From: a virus
Lineage: Duplodnaviria; Caudoviricetes
Reading direction: 5' to 3' (one strand)
DNA: 35,375 nt
IMG/VR virus record: IMGVR_UViG_3300020045_011984
Coordinates: 1 to 35,375 of that record
This document shows, piece by piece, positions 34,690 to 35,375 of this stretch. Within the stretch, counting starts at the first letter, position 1; each line of letters begins with the position of its first letter. The position numbers and the translations under genes were made by a program. The notes beneath the pieces are model-generated. The model saw nothing but the letters and a program-made list of their open reading frames with translations, was not told the origin of the DNA and did no database searches.

Positions 34690-34735
34690 GTACATTTGGT
34701 TTTTTGAATTTGTACATTTTGTTTTGCGGTTTATA
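34690..34735. repeat. prophage right end: putative transposase-binding direct repeats and terminus
   Basis: GTACATTTGGTTTT (34690) and GTACATTTTGTTTT (34712), 22 bp apart, then GCGGTTTATA abutting host sequence. Confidence 0.75.
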
Positions 34736-34736
34736 C

Positions 34737-35375
34737 TTCCGAGACCATTCGCAAGTACGAGTAAAACTGTATATTAAAAATGGTATTTATGAAGAAAAAG
34801 TGGTCATTCCATCATGGAAACCAAATATTCATATCATTGGCGAAAGTAAAGATGGCGTAATCATTACTGGCAATGATTTTTCTGGAAAGCCTTATCCAAA
34901 TGGTTTAAAAGACGCTACTGGAAAAGATAAATTCAGTACTTATACTTCACACACTGTACTGGTTGATGCGCCAGATATTATTATTGAAAACCTGACGATT
35001 CAAAATACGGCTGGACGTGTAGGACAAGCGGTAGCACTTCATGTAGAAGGCGACCGATTTGTCTGTAAAAATTGTATTTTGCTAGGCAATCAAGATACGC
35101 TTTATGTTGCCAGAGAAGGCACAAAACAGTATTTTCAGGATTGTCATATTGAAGGAACCGTAGATTTTATTTTTGGCAAATCTACTGCTGTTTTTCAATC
35201 ATGTACGCTAAAAAGTTTATCAAATTCCTATTTAACGGCTGCAGCTACTCCACCCTATCAAGCTTTTGGTTTTGTGTTTTTTGATTGTAAGCTGATTGCT
35301 GATTCAACTGCCCCAAAAGTATATCTTGGTCGTCCGTGGCGACCACATGCTAAAACCGTTTTTATCAGAACAGCG
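34737..35375 (+). pseudogene. host pectin methylesterase (CE8), 5'-truncated by the prophage; runs off the window
   Basis: FRDHSQVRVKLYIKNGIYEEKV...QAVALHVEGD...GNQDTLY...IEGTVDFIFG...YLGRPWR; the N-terminal VAxDGSGDFxTIQEA segment is missing. Confidence 0.92.

Larger units (their letters stand above)
1..34735 (+). mobile_element. Mu-like transposable prophage (siphovirus-type tail), left end outside window
   Basis: MuA-like transposase + MuB-like ATPase; Mu-type late genes (DUF935 portal, MuF, gpG, DUF1320); head and tail modules; abrupt junction with a headless host gene at ~34735. Confidence 0.95.

Noticed and set aside
29951-35375. Functional link between the phage SGNH esterase and the disrupted host pectin esterase
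   Set aside because: Different folds and substrates, and Mu-type insertion is near-random; treated as coincidence.

Overview
Almost the whole window (1 to ~34735) is a Mu-like transposable prophage of a Bacteroidota host, inferred from TAnnTTTG promoters and A-rich, SD-less translation starts. Its left end and repressor lie upstream of the window. Layout: (i) early region on + with a DDE transposase (MuA-like), a MuB-like AAA+ ATPase, a second P-loop ATPase, GemA-like and DUF3164-like genes and ~20 small ORFs; (ii) a low-GC moron block at ~10000-12437; (iii) a leftward late operon (terS, terL, DUF1320, a portal-MuF-PBECR2-like fusion, gpG-like, tail terminator); (iv) a rightward late operon (protease/scaffold, capsid, amidase lysis cassette, siphovirus tail, SGNH-esterase fibre module, Tal-like protein). 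The right end (transposase-site-like repeats ending ...GGTTTATA) interrupts a host CE8 pectin methylesterase gene. Two non-routine signals stand out. First, a system of strand-oriented 7/8-mer tandem arrays and REP-like hairpins sits at or just after stop codons throughout the phage, and most arrays carry stops in all three frames. Second, a textbook-shaped -1 frameshift signal lies at the junction of the portal and MuF/PBECR2 domains. Product calls come from motif recognition and synteny, not from database searches.
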